A stretch of 63,575 nt of DNA, filler included, from Ministeria vibrans ATCC 50519 (GCA_943704425.1; 4 parts of 4 records of this genome joined end to end with filler, not necessarily neighbours in it), one strand, 5' to 3'. Shown: positions 13,419-25,659, numbered from the whole stretch's first letter. A program made the numbers and translations. The notes: a model not told the origin generated them from the letters alone.

Positions 13419-15116
13419 TCAAGAGAGCAAACGCGTCTTGGGGTTTCCTTTCGCGTCCAGATCAGAATTTGGCACGAGGAAGTGTCTCTCCGCGCGCCTG
13501 TTGAGGTAGTGGTGATTGTGTTGACGGGGTCCGGGCCGTAAGGGCGCTTCCGGCTCGTCTGGGACGAGTTGGGCGATGAGATCGACTCGATAGTCGGCGA
13601 GTGTGTAGCGTGCGTTGGGGTCGACGGTCGGGCGGTTTTTGTAGAGCAGGAAGGAATTGATGAGGCTGAGGTCGACAAGGAAGAAGAAGACGGCCTTCCA
13701 CCACTTCATTGACTTGATGTAGCATGGGTGTTGCCAGCGATACTGGTCGTTACGGTCGACACCGTTCATAAAGTTGTTGTAGTCCGTGAGCGCCTGTGGT
13801 CGCTCACGCTGTGTGCGGGGCGCAATTGAGGGTTCAAACGACGCGCGGTAGGTCGTCATCATGTGTACAGGGCTCTTATCGTAGTAGCTGAAGGCAGCAA
13901 CTGTTTTGGTTGTGTTGAGGGCGATTTTGAGGGTGCCACGCACGTCGTCAAGCTTGTCTTTCGCAACCCGTTCCTGCTTGACCGCTTTGGGTGGGTGGCG
14001 GCAAGTGCCGAGTGCATAGTGACCTCGGTCACGGAGACTCTCCAACAACCACTCTGTGACATACAGATTGTCCATGTAGATGTAGTGTAGCGTCTGTGGC
14101 AGCTGCTCTGCGAGCCAAAGGGTTCGGCTGCGGAGGGGGCTGATGGTGCCGGTCTTCTGGGCACGAGTGTTGTCTGCCTCAAACACAAACGCATAGCAGT
14201 AACCTGTGTCTGCCGAGCATAACGCGTCGACGCGGAGGGCACCGCCAGACCCATGTGGTTTGCTTTTGAACAGCTGGAGGTGCTTGCAGCGTCCCTTGAA
14301 AGGTACCGTCATCTCGTCAATGCTGACTTCCTTAGACGGCACGTATGCACTCATGCACGTTGTGAGAACAGTCTCAAGTAGTGGCCGCACACGGTACAGG
14401 TTGTCGGCCTTGACGTCAGTCTCCTTGTCTTTGGACGTGTCGTTGACGTGGAGGAAGCGAAGGATGTTGAGAAAGCGGTCGCGCGACATGATCCTGCCAA
14501 TTCCCTGAAAGGAATTGTGTGGGTCGGCTGACCAGAGTTGCCTCGTACGCCTCGGGCGCCGGATTGCACGGATAAACACGACGCCCAGCCATTTGTAGAA
14601 GGTCGGAGCGTCGAGTTTGAGCGCATGACCCTGCAGCCGAGCGTATTCGTTGGATTCCTTGACGATATTGTCGACGGCAGCGTTGGTGAAGAACTTTTTG
14701 AAGCAGCTCAGGGGCGTCACCCCTTCCGCTCGTTCGAAGACCGCACCAATTTCGATGTGCGCTCGCCCATGGATGTTGATAGCCTTCAGCACACCCAGTG
14801 TGGGCGTTGTATCAGGCAGAATGGGGACTCGCGTGAAGGTAGTCGTCTTTGTTGATCGCGGTCGCTTTTTCGCTGGTGGCGCTGTCGCAGTCGAAGGTCC
14901 CGCCTCCTCCTCGACTTCGTCCTCCTCCTGCTCTTCTTCTTCCTCACACTCCTCCTCTTCATCCTCCTCTCCCTCCTCCTCCTCGTCGCTGGGCAAAATG
15001 CCATAGTCTTCGCGGTCCCTTTCGACGATTGCGTCGACAGCCCCCGCTTCCTCCTCCTCCTCGAGACGCATTAGGTACGATCGCACTCCAGCTTGCCTTC
15101 GTGGTCGGTCTCTCAT
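13419..15116 (-). mobile_element. piggyBac-family (DDE_Tnp_1_7) transposase ORF, 565 aa
   Basis: Acidic N-terminus; MSRDRFLNILRFLH; SIDEMTVPFKGR; YMDNLY; YNNFMNGVDRNDQ; KWWKAVFFFLVDLSLINSF. DDD triad intact; no C-terminal cysteine-rich domain. Confidence 0.95.
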
Positions 15117-15193
15117 ATGAAGTAAGTGAATTAAAAGTCGTGAAATGAGGTTAGAAGGGTCTGCGAATCCGTTCCCGCTAAGAGCGTAAAAAC

Positions 15194-16723
15194 TTACATA
15201 AAATCGGGAAAGATATCCATAAATTTAGACAGAGGTACAAAAACATGTACATAAATATGTACATCCGGTCCCTGAGAGATCGAAACGCGAAAATGCCACT
15301 TCAAACTTTTTTTGGGAAAGTTGACAACGGGTCGCGGCGTGAATGGTGGCGCCGCTGTGTCCTCGTCGAGCACCTCTCCGCCTCCGCTGCCTTTCTTCTC
15401 ATGTCTCTGCTTGCGAATTAGCCGGTGTGTGCCCTGATCCCACTCCTCCGCCCTCTTCATCCACTTGGCCTCGTCGAGTGGAAAGTAGCCGACGAGCTCC
15501 ATCAGCTCCACCATCCGCTCTGACTTGGTGCCCGCCGGTCCATAGAGCATCTGCCAGCCAGCCACACAGAGATATGTGAGCTCCTTGAGCGACATGGAGG
15601 CATCGTGAGAGCGGAGCCGTACGAGGAGGTCAGCAGCGAGGCCGGCGCGGTCGTCACGCTCAATCATGGCGTCGATTCGCTGGGCGTGAGCGTGCGTGAT
15701 GGGTTCCAAGCGCAGCCTGGCATTGAGACACAGCAGTGACATGGTGCTGACCGACTCAATGGCGCTGATGGTGGCCGTGAGCCACGATTTGAAGCCGCCA
15801 AAGAGGCCGACATCGTGCAGCTGGACCATGGGGGTGACGCCGCCAGCGAGCGTAACGAGCGTAAACTTGTACTTGAGGCAGATGCGGAGGAGTGCCTCGG
15901 TGTCACCGTGTGCGGGAGCGTTGTCGTGGACCAAGATGAACCACTCCAGATCGTTTACGGCGAGCGCCGCGCGGGCGCGTCGCAGCGCAAACTCAATCCA
16001 CAGTTGGTAGTCGCGCGTAGTAAACTTTCCCGACTCGTTGCCAATGATGAGGATGAGTTTAGAGGTACGCTGGACATTGTAGAAGGCACAAGTGTCGGTG
16101 GCTTCACCGGTGGTGTTGATGGGGTGCGGCAGATAGCCCTCACGTCTGTTGAAGTCGTTGAAGTGAAAGACGGATCGCTTGACGACGATGCAGTAGGCGA
16201 CGACGTCTCCCGTGCCAAACACCATGGATGTGAACGTCAGCGAGGGCAACGGACCGCTCTTCAGGCCAGGCGCTGTTGTCGCACGTCCCGTGTTGCTGTG
16301 TACCAGCATGGCCTCCCGGCCGGACAACAGTGACGCGTGAGTCAACTCAATGAAAGTTTCGTCGTGCACGCCAATGTGCTTCGCTGTGACCTCCTGACGG
16401 CTCTGTAGATCGTGCACGGCTGATGCGTACACATCGAAGCTCTCTTTGATGCGCGCAGTGTTGACGGGAGGGGGCGGTTTCTTGGCGACGTTGGCGGACA
16501 TGGGGGCAATGCCGTCGGCGCGGAGAGCGTCGTTGACGATCCGGCGGCTGGTTCGAGTTGCCGGTGCTATCATCGAAACTTGCGATGCGGATGGCGGATG
16601 AGTCGGATCGCAAACCTCAGATTTTTCTTTTCGGTAAAGCCTGTGAAGAGTCGCCTTTCTCGTCGCCCGACAAATCTCGCTTCTCAGCACTGTAGACTTA
16701 CTGTCTCTGCCCTGACAAGCCAC
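15194..16723 (-). mobile_element. pogo/Tc5-type (DDE_1) transposase-like ORF, DD36D
   Basis: HDETF (D1); ESGKFT; ILVHDNAPAH (D2); GGVTPMVQLHDVGLFGGFK (D3, cf. QPLD..F..K); 36 residues between D2 and D3; first in-frame ATG about 16574. Confidence 0.8.
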
Positions 16724-16864
16724 AGTTGACTGGGTTCTTTAGAGGCACGTCAGTCGTTTTGTTCTCAGTGTCATATTCGAAATCGTAAGAACGATGCTTT
16801 TTTTTTTCGTCTCAGAAGACGATGACAGTTCACTATCGACGACACGTTTGAAAATGTGTGTCCT

Positions 16865-18437
16865 ATGTCTTCAGTCGTTATCAATCGCTATTTCACATCG
16901 TATTTCCTCCGTGGGGATTGGGGAAGTGACCAACTCGTTTTTTTACATGGATTTTTTTTCTCACGTAGATGATGTACACGGCGATTTTCTACGGCGAGAC
17001 GCTTGCTGAGCGAACAGCACCACCCCTTCCCGACGATGAAACGCCCCGCCCGACTCTTTCCGACCCTGAAACGGTAAGTTTTTTTTTCTTTGTTCTCACT
17101 GAAAAAAACTTTTTCGACAGGTCCTTTTGAACACTCTGTTGCCTTCCTGTGAGTCACTGAGCGAGTTTACTGGCACCGCTACCGTGCAGTCAGGTTCAGC
17201 ACTTGTTTGTCTTTGGTCCCATGACCCGATTCCGCCAAACCTTTGTCGCGACATTCTCAATCTGCCAGGCGTTGCCTATCGTCTTCAGAAACGAGCAGGC
17301 GATGATCTACGGTTCGAGCTTTGTAGTGCTCCTACCTTGACGAGTCGCCCGTCCGCCCCTCCACTGGCGCCTTCCCGCTCTCCGCACTTGTCGTATGCTG
17401 CCGCCGCTGCCGCCACTGCCGTCGCCGCCTCACCGACCCGGTCTCCGACTGCCACACGAGGGCTTCGCGTGGTTGAGGTCGACCTGATTGCGCTCCGTCG
17501 CATCTTTTGTGGTACCACCCTTGATACCACCGCCGGCAAGCGGATCTGTACGACGCTACGACGAGCGATGGCCCTCCTGTACCCCAATGTCTTTGTCAGA
17601 GTTGTCTCGCGAGCCGTACCCTTTACGACTGCCCACGTTCAGGATCGACATCGCGACTTTGACATCTCCCTTCTGCGTGCCTCGACGGATTTTCAAACGT
17701 CTCCCAACGAAACGTCATTTGCTCCAACGGCAGGGCGAACGCTGGTGGTGCTCATCTGCAAGCCGGCCGATCACGACACCCTTGTCAGTGCTGCTCGCAC
17801 TGTTCGTGAGTGGCTCTCGCGGCCTCGTCTTTGCGACATTGTTGTGAATGCTGGCGAATGCAGCGGCGCGTCGTACAAGGAGCTTACGACGAGTGCGGGT
17901 GTCGACCGCGTCAAGCACTCATTACAACCCATCTTTGTGGTGGACTGCCGCCAGTGGGACGAGACACACCGGCAGTACGAGTGTTGGGCGCCTTCTTGTG
18001 TCGCTGACGTCGTGCGTGTCGTCGCCCCCCTCAGCCGTACTCGTGTGAAAGTACTCGTGTTCCTCAATGCCACTCCTTCCACTGCAGTGACCGCCGTGCG
18101 CAGCCTGTGTACACAGCGCCTCATCTTTGAGAGTGTGGCGTTCTGGCACGACGACTCGCCCAGTCTGGCCGTGGTGGACGCGGCAGTCGACTCTGGCAAC
18201 ACGGCGTTTGCCTCCTACGTCCTAGAGCGTGTCATTTTCCTGGACGCATGCGCAATTATGGACGCCCACTGGCGAAAGAGCCTCCGAAAGCGCGTCGCCT
18301 CCCTCTTCAGCAACAACACTGGCGATCTCGAGTATCTCCTCAATGTGTGTGGTGCGAATCACTCGCGATACCTTTCGTGCATGCACAACTTGTACCCAAT
18401 CAGAGACGGCAGTGACGACGAGTCTGATAGTGAGTGA
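16865..18437 (+). CDS. Hypothetical protein divergent from the transposases
   Basis: 436-codon open frame entered by acceptor TTTTCGACAG near 17120; upstream small exon ending at GTAAGT near 17073; no family recognised; start uncertain. Confidence 0.6.
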
Positions 18438-18696
18438 TCGATTGTATTTTATCAAATAATTTTTTAAATGTAAGAAACAAGATAATGAGAATGGTTTGAA
18501 TCTTTGTTGCTCTAAGAAAGTGTTTCAACTCGAATCTCACATTCATACTTTGGAATGAGTGACATGGCCACCTATTGACACCATCGCCCTGACAACGAAT
18601 AATTGAGACGAAACCACGCTCACGAGACAGCATCAATCGGTAGGGACATGTCATACAATACAATACGTACCGAAGCGATAGCGCAGCTGACTCCTG

Positions 18697-19612
18697 CCTA
18701 CCTTTGCCTGCAGAGTTTACTTTAACTTTACTTAAAATGTGATTGGATCATTAAAAAATGAGCTTTACAAGACAAGGGGTAAATTTTTTGTTGTCGATGT
18801 ACGCATGGGGCCCTGCACAGGCGCGGCTATCAGTGAAGGTGATAGCAAGGGACCGGCCGGAGAGTGATGCCTGAAACGTAGCCAACGCTACGAGAAGGCA
18901 GGCGTCGCAAGGCGATAGGTGTGTGTGGAGGAAAAACTCGCCGCAGTTGCAAAGGGCAGACTCTTGCTTCTGACGCCGCGCGTTTCGGAGCAGTTTCTGT
19001 TCACTGTGATAAACAGCAGCAAAAGTTGCCTGAATCGCGCGCGTAACTTCGGTCAAGTCGACATCTACACAAAGAGTGTACGTATGCATAAGTCAGTAGT
19101 GAAAGTCAGTAGTGCATTGGTCTTTTGTAGCAACCTTTTGAGGTCAAAAAGGCGTGAAGGGCTGGTTTGAAGTGAGGATCAAAATTCAGTCTGGCGATAA
19201 GCTTATCCGCAAATGAAGGCTGAACCGTCTCAGAGAGCTGGTCAACAGCACCGAAGTCAATTCGTTTCGCTGGTTCAATCGCGACAAACATTTCGGATAC
19301 AAGACTCAAGTCAGCGACGAATCGTGGGCATTGAGCTCTCAAGTCTGGCTGACTGTGGAGTAACTCGAATGTCTGATTCACGAATCCCACATAACGAGAA
19401 ACTTTATGACGTGTCTTGCTCCATGCCGGGGTTATATTCGGGTTGTGGGCGACGGAGGAGCAGCGAAAATGGGCAACATTTGCAGATTCTTGAAACGAGT
19501 GTTGTTGCTCAGTCTTTGTGTCCGCAACTGTTTCTTTACAGGCGACAGAAGATGCGTGTGGCTCCTCATGAAAGGCAACCAAACAAGGAATGAAGGAGTC
19601 TTCGATCGCCAT
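18697..19612 (-). CDS. Spliced hypothetical protein
   Basis: ORF blocks 19106-19645 and 18751-19089 joinable by a GT-AG intron with CTGAC branch sites; 3' end approximate. Confidence 0.5.
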
Positions 19613-19774
19613 CTCAAGCAGCAGAGTAATTAAAAAAAGTACCAATTTACTCGAGTAAAGCCTTGACCGAGATCAACGAGTAAAGTAAATTCACAAAGTA
19701 CTCCACGCCCCAAACCCTCTCCATCTCTCTTCGAAAGCAGTACATACGATACCTATAGCTCGAGAGAGGGAGAG

Positions 19775-20071
19775 ATGCGAGTCCGTTTGCTTGTACTCTT
19801 TTCAGCATGTGTCGTTATTGGACTTGTGATTTACGTTCGCACTCATGACAATCGCGTCGAGCGTCACGGCGCTCTCCTTGAGACATACGGGAATGTGGGC
19901 ATAAAACAGAATATCGCCGACACCGAGGATGACGTAGAGGACCAGGACGACGCGGACGAAGACGACGAGGAATTAGAAGAAGAAGAAGAAGAATACAACC
20001 CATTTATTAATGATACAGTCACCACGCGAAGACACAGCCAGACCACCTTGCAAACTCAACCGAAACTCTAG
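19775..20071 (+). CDS. Type II signal-anchor protein N-terminus, possibly truncated
   Basis: MRVRLLVLFSACVVIGLVIYV TM segment then acidic stem; stops next to the retroelement 3' region. Confidence 0.45.
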   Translation: MRVRLLVLFSACVVIGLVIYVRTHDNRVERHGALLETYGNVGIKQNIADTEDDVEDQDDADEDDEELEEEEEEYNPFINDTVTTRRHSQTTLQTQPKL

Positions 20072-21216
20072 AGGTAACATGGGAGAACAGTGGCAGGTCA
20101 GAGTGCTGTGTCGTCGCTATCCAGTGAGGCAATCGCAATGGTACGCCATACCCCCAGTGGGGGCTTAGGGCTCTGACACCATGAAGGTGTCTGTCGGCAA
20201 GGAGTGTAAAAGTCGAAGTCGTGGTTGAAGCAATCGGATCGGTGGTCGGCGGCGGCAAGTCCAGGTGGCTGCGGGGCGCTCCCGTGGTACACAGGCGGGG
20301 CGGGTCGGCTGCAGGGCGGCTGGCGTGCTTGTTGTCGTGACTGTGTGTTAGATTATGAGGATAAAGATATGGATGGGTAGGGGGGAAAAAGCGGGGGGTT
20401 CGGGAGGGTGAATCACTGGGTGGCGTTGACGGCGGCGATGAAGCATCTGTACATCTCCCCCAGGGGATGAAACGCTTCAAAGTGCATGTCGTTGGTCGCG
20501 CGCAGTGCCTCGGCAAGAGTCTTGCCGACCAGTGAGTCGTGTCGGTGTCGGTACACCGCTGGATGAGCACAGTGGAGCAGGAAGTGTTCTGGACTCTCCA
20601 GCGGCGGTTGTTGCAGTTGTTGTTGTTGTTGTTGCTGTGGCTGTGGGATGGCTGCGCACGCCCGACACCTGAACGTGTCGGCCGTCGCACCAGCCGGAAT
20701 GTTGAAGCGGGCAAAGGCTGGGCCCCTCATGCCACGGCGGATGCAGGTGGTGCCCGTGATGAGTGTGTTGCAGCGCAGCAGCAGTAGCACCTGTCCAGAC
20801 CTCTTTGGCATCTTGCTCAGGTACTTGGACGCGCTCAGTGGGTTGTACATTCTGTCCTTGAGAGGCGACGCACGCGTGGGCCCAGAGAGGTTTGGTGTCC
20901 CCTGGAGACGTGCGCGCCACTCCTTCGTTGACAGCCTTTCCGCAGCCTTCACAAGCTCGCCGTCTTTGACTCGGTCGTACCGCAGCACTCGTCTTGCTGG
21001 TGCTCCCGCCGGCATCGGATGGAGCGTCTCGAGCGTGTTGAGGATCGACAGCGCGTGGAAGCGCTTCATCGTTCTCGGGGCCGCAGCCGCCCTCTCGGGG
21101 GTGTTTGCTAGTAGCGCTACGAACACCTGGGATGCCAGAGGCACCACCGCGAGAGTCGTGCCCCTCGCCAGGTGCTGAAGCAGGCCCGCTTGCAGTGCCC
21201 GCGCCCGGTTGGCGAC
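20072..21216 (-). mobile_element. Non-LTR retrotransposon 3' part: ORF2 C-terminus with CCHC knuckle plus 3' UTR
   Basis: LLLLRCN...FRCRAC...ESPEHFLLHC..VYRHR; second copy at 63072-63575; RT domain not visible (gap); 3' boundary approximate. Confidence 0.7.
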
Positions 21217-21437
21217 NNNNNNNNNNNNNNNNNNNNNNNNNNNNNNNNNNNNNNNNNNNNTTAATTAATTAANNNNNNNNNNNNNNNNNNNNNNNNNNNN
21301 NNNNNNNNNNNNNNNNCATCCTGAGGTAACCGCGAACGCAACCAATCAAAAACGCCGCGTTGTTGGGGTTTTTGGCGTCTGTACTGCTTGCGTGTGTGAC
21401 GGTTGCTGTTAGCGCTGCTAACGAGGTGCAATTGCAG

Positions 21438-22893
21438 ATTGCGGCGCTTCCGCCTGTGACGCTGGAGTCGTTTAATGGCAGAGTTGAGCAACAGCGCGAG
21501 CTTGCGCGACACGACACAACGCCCTCCGAACAGCGCTGCGACGTGTGCCACAAGCGGTTTGGCAGCGAGAATGCGCACGCCAGCCATCTTCGAAGTCGTC
21601 GACACCGCGAAATGATGCAGCGGGAGAAGGGGGAAGGCAAGAAAGACTTGCCGCGTGCTGAGACGGCAACGCGCGCTCAAGCTGCCTCGTCGTCGAATGC
21701 CACCGCCGCCAATGGGGCCTCTGCGACTGCCCCCACCTCGCAGCGCAACAGAGCCGCCGTCACACCAGGCAGCACACCCCGACCTCATGGCAAAGGACCC
21801 GCGACGGAAGTGCAGCTCAAGCAGGCGCAGGAAGAGCAACGGAAACAGCAAGCACAGGAGGGCGAGGGCGAGGGCGAAGAGCTCAGCGAAGAGGCTCTCG
21901 TTGCTCAGCGACTTAAGCTTGCCGTCGAGCTCAACCCTGACCGGGACTGTCTCTTTTGCTCGCATCCTTCCGAGTCGCTCGACGCAAACCTGACACACAT
22001 GCAAGAGGCTCACTCCTTTTTCATTCCCGACCAACAGTATCTCATCAATAAGTAAGGCCGTCACGTTGGTTGCCCTCATTTGCGCCGATTCTAACACACT
22101 CACTCACTTACCCACTCACCTTTCCATTGATCTTAGGCGTGGTCTGGTGGAGTATCTGGGGGAGAAGGTCGGAACGGGGTTTTTGTGTCTGCGCTGCAAT
22201 GGCCGTGGACGCAACTTCAACTCGCTCCCCGCTGTGCGCGCACACATGATCAGCAAGGGCCATCACACCATGGGCTACGACGAGGCTGAGATGAGTGAGT
22301 ATGCGGACTTTTACGACTACAGGCCGAGCTACCCGGACTACGTGGAGCGGATGGAGGCGAAGCGGTTGGCACGGGAGGAGCGGAGGGCGCGACGAGCAGA
22401 GCGCAAGGCAGCACAGGAGACGGAAGCGGCAGCATCTGAGGCAACAACCGCCGATGTTGTGGTGGTGGAGGATGATGGGGATGAGGAGTATGAGGATGTG
22501 AGCGATGACGATGAGGATGCGAGCGGGACAGATGAGGATGAGGGTGACATGGATGTGGTGCTGCAGCGCCACCGCCCTGTTGTCGCCGACGATGGCCTTG
22601 AAGTGGTCCTTCCTAACGGATCGCGACTGGGCCATCGCTCGCTGCGCACCTACTACCGACAGCAATTTGCTCCCGAAGACACCCGTGACTGTGTGCTCGT
22701 CAATCGCATGGCAGCGCGTCAACGTGTTCTTGGCTGGGCCCGCCCCGCCCGTCCTGGTGAGGCCCTGCCCGTCACGGCCCTCCAAAAGAAGGACCAGCGT
22801 GACCGTCGCCACTGGCAGCAGTACCATGCCGCCAAGGTGGGCATCAAGCACAATATGCTCCAGCACCATTTCCGTTGCCAGGTCGACTTTTAA
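21438..22893 (+). CDS. ZNF622: Pre-60S factor ZNF622/REI1 (first exon missing)
   Basis: IAALPPVT, CDVCHKRFGSENAHASHLRSRRH, CLFC..NLTHMQEAHSFFIPD, GLVEYLGEKV, HMISKGH, LGHRSLRTYYRQ, HFRCQV. Confidence 0.95.
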
Positions 22894-23012
22894 ACGCAGA
22901 GGCGTGTGTGTTTGGCAATACATTCATAAAGTAACGATGTGTTTAATGGTTGGATGGATTAGCTCTTGGACACTCCTCTCTCCCTCTCTCTCTCTATCGG
23001 GTTTCAATGATG

Positions 23013-24677
23013 TTAGCGAAAGTAAGCACGAGCCTGTTGCTGTTGATGTTGTGGGATGTAATGGAAAGGATGGTGGTGGTGGTGTTGTTGTTGTTGTTGT
23101 TGTTGTTGCTGCTGCTGCTGTTGGAAGTACTGGTGGTGATTGTGGGGCATGGGGGTCGTGGTGTTGACAGAGGCGCGACGACGTTCGACGATGGGCGAGG
23201 AGCCGTTGGACGAAGACGACGTGGCCGACGTCGCATAGCCACTCTCCGTTTTGCCATTGGTCGCGTCCAGTTCGTCCAGCGTTGCTACTGTGGGTCGTCG
23301 AACAGCGACAATTGAATCCACAGACGCCTTGGGCTTTTCCTGCACCAGGTTAAACATGGCGAGGCGCGCGCGCACTTCTTGCGCCGTCGGCAACTTGTTG
23401 GTCGCGCTGAAGCGACGAAACTCCTCAGCGAGCACCGTTGTGGCCACATAGTTGATAATAGTACGCTCTTGTTGTTGCTCTGCACAGCGCACCGCCTCCA
23501 TGCCCGTAATGTCTTCACCAAATTTGGTGGTGAGCGCGCGCCGCACAATAAACACAAAAGTGGACGTCAAATCACTGCGTGGTCCTGTCGACAGCGACGA
23601 AGCAGGCGACGACACTGCAGGCTTGTGGGGCGAACAAATCGGCGAGTACGGGGCCGGTGGCGTTTCCTTGGTGACGGACACGGGAGGGAGAGCGGGCGAC
23701 GAGGTTGACCGGGGCTGATTGCCGGCGAACACAAAACAAAAAAAGAAGGAGTGTTAGCGGAGGTGCGTTTGGTCCATGATACACAGAAGTGGGTTTGCGA
23801 GAACACGCGGAGAAAAACTCCCGCGAAAACCCAACTCATTCATGTCTTTTTTTGGCAGGTTCGATATGCAGACGTCACCATTCGAATGGAACTTTCTCCG
23901 GACACGAGTGAGACGGGCGGGGAGGCTCAAAATGACGCCAAGGTAGTTGAAGGGATGGTCATGGTTACATAGCGTGCCAAACGTGATGACGATGGGAGGG
24001 TGAGAGTCGGGAAGGAGAGCGAGGTGGCACAAAAAAAAAACAAACTGATTGACGGCTTTTGCTTTTTGCTGGGTGAGAAGGACAACAGCTACTTCGTGTA
24101 GACACCGATGTAGCGTGTAAAGGATGTGGGAGGGGCGCGAGCGAGTAAAGAAGAGCGTGTGGATGGGAATTCTTACCGTTTCATGAAGTGACGTTGATGA
24201 CGTAAAGGGAGTTGTTGAAGCTGTACACTCGTCGTCGGCCGCCCAGACCTGGTCCACAAAGCTATGGGGCCAGAAACAGAGAGATACACGGCGACGTGCG
24301 GGCGTTGGCGGCGCCTGTGTCTTGGCATGCGGCGATGAAGGTTGATTCGCGACGGAGTCGACTGAACCCAACTTGGTGGGCGAGACCAGCTCGCCAAACG
24401 CCAGTTGCGCCATGCTCGGTGTTGGTGTGGAGGGAGTACTTGAGGTTGGATGGCCGCGATACTGCAAGGCTGGCGCGGATCCACGGCGAGCGCGAAGGAA
24501 ATCGCACTCTGACGTAGTTGTGACGGAGTCGAGCAGAAACGCATGTTCGCTGGCACCCGGCAGTCCCGGCGGCGGCGAAAGTGGGTCAACAGACTGGTCC
24601 ATGGTTGTCTTGAGCGGCGGCGACACGGACAGGTGCTGTTGGCCGGCGTGGCTTTGCAAACTTGACGTTGCCGACAT
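23013..24677 (-). CDS. Ser/Pro-rich hypothetical protein with polyQ/polyH tail (2 exons)
   Basis: Exons about 24677-24177 and 23716-23013 joined by GTAAGA...CTAAC...CAG intron. Confidence 0.55.
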
Positions 24678-24893
24678 GTCAACCAAGTAACCGAAACAGA
24701 AGAACAAAAAAACCGAGAAGAAAACCGGAAGGCCGGGTGTCTTCTTGTGCGGTAGAAGGCTAGAAGTTGACAAAAGGGAGTGGAAAATAAATATTGTCGA
24801 CTCATTAATCATTTTTAGTTTGGGCGAAAGTGTATGAAAAAGGCGCGCGACAATTATAACACAGTTGCACTGATTCTTTGTTGACAGAAAAAA

Positions 24894-25500
24894 TCAAATC
24901 GCCGGAATGGTCTGGTTGAGCCAGACATCAGCAAGTTGGGTGCATCCAGTAATGCCAGTCTTGGTGAAGCAGTCAAGAAGCGCCTCGTACGTCCCAGGCA
25001 TTGGATCGCCCTTGGCAGCAATCGGGTAGTACAGCACCTATACGACGAATTAATTAGGGACGGTTTGCGGTTGATGAGGGTGCTAAGTGTGCGATCTGAC
25101 CTGGAGACGAGTGAGATTGTCACTGCCAGTGGTTGTCATAACAACGGGAACGCCAAAACTGGGTTGTGTATCTTCCATTCCCTATAATGCTATTGGATCA
25201 AGGCATGCATTTGGAGGCTGTTGTGCACTTGATGCTTCTAACCTGTCCTCCCACCATAAAACCAGTGTCCTTCACAGTCACTACACACAAAAAAACACAC
25301 AAAAGGTTAACAAGAGAGAGTTTGAGAGTTTGAGAGTTTGAGAGTTTGAGAGAGTTCAAGAGAGAGTTCAAGAGAGAGTTCAAGAGAGAGTTCAAAAGAG
25401 AGTTCAAGAGAGAGTTCAAGAGAGAGTTCAAGAGAGAGTTCAAGAGAGAGTTCAAGAGAGAGTTCAAGAGAGAGTTCAAGAGAGAGTTCAAGAGAGAGTT

Positions 25501-25588
<88 letters not shown>

Positions 25589-25610
25589 NNNNNNNNNNNN
25601 NNNNAGAGTT

Positions 25611-25659
<49 letters not shown>

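Noticed and set aside
13280-15310. Short shared words (TAAAAGTCGT, GATCGAAAC, CACTTCAAA) on both sides of piggyBac as candidate termini
   Set aside because: Direct rather than inverted, non-colinear and at most 10 bp; not TIRs.
25346-25505. CRISPR-like array
   Set aside because: Contiguous tandem units without unique spacers, in a eukaryotic intron, and no cas genes.
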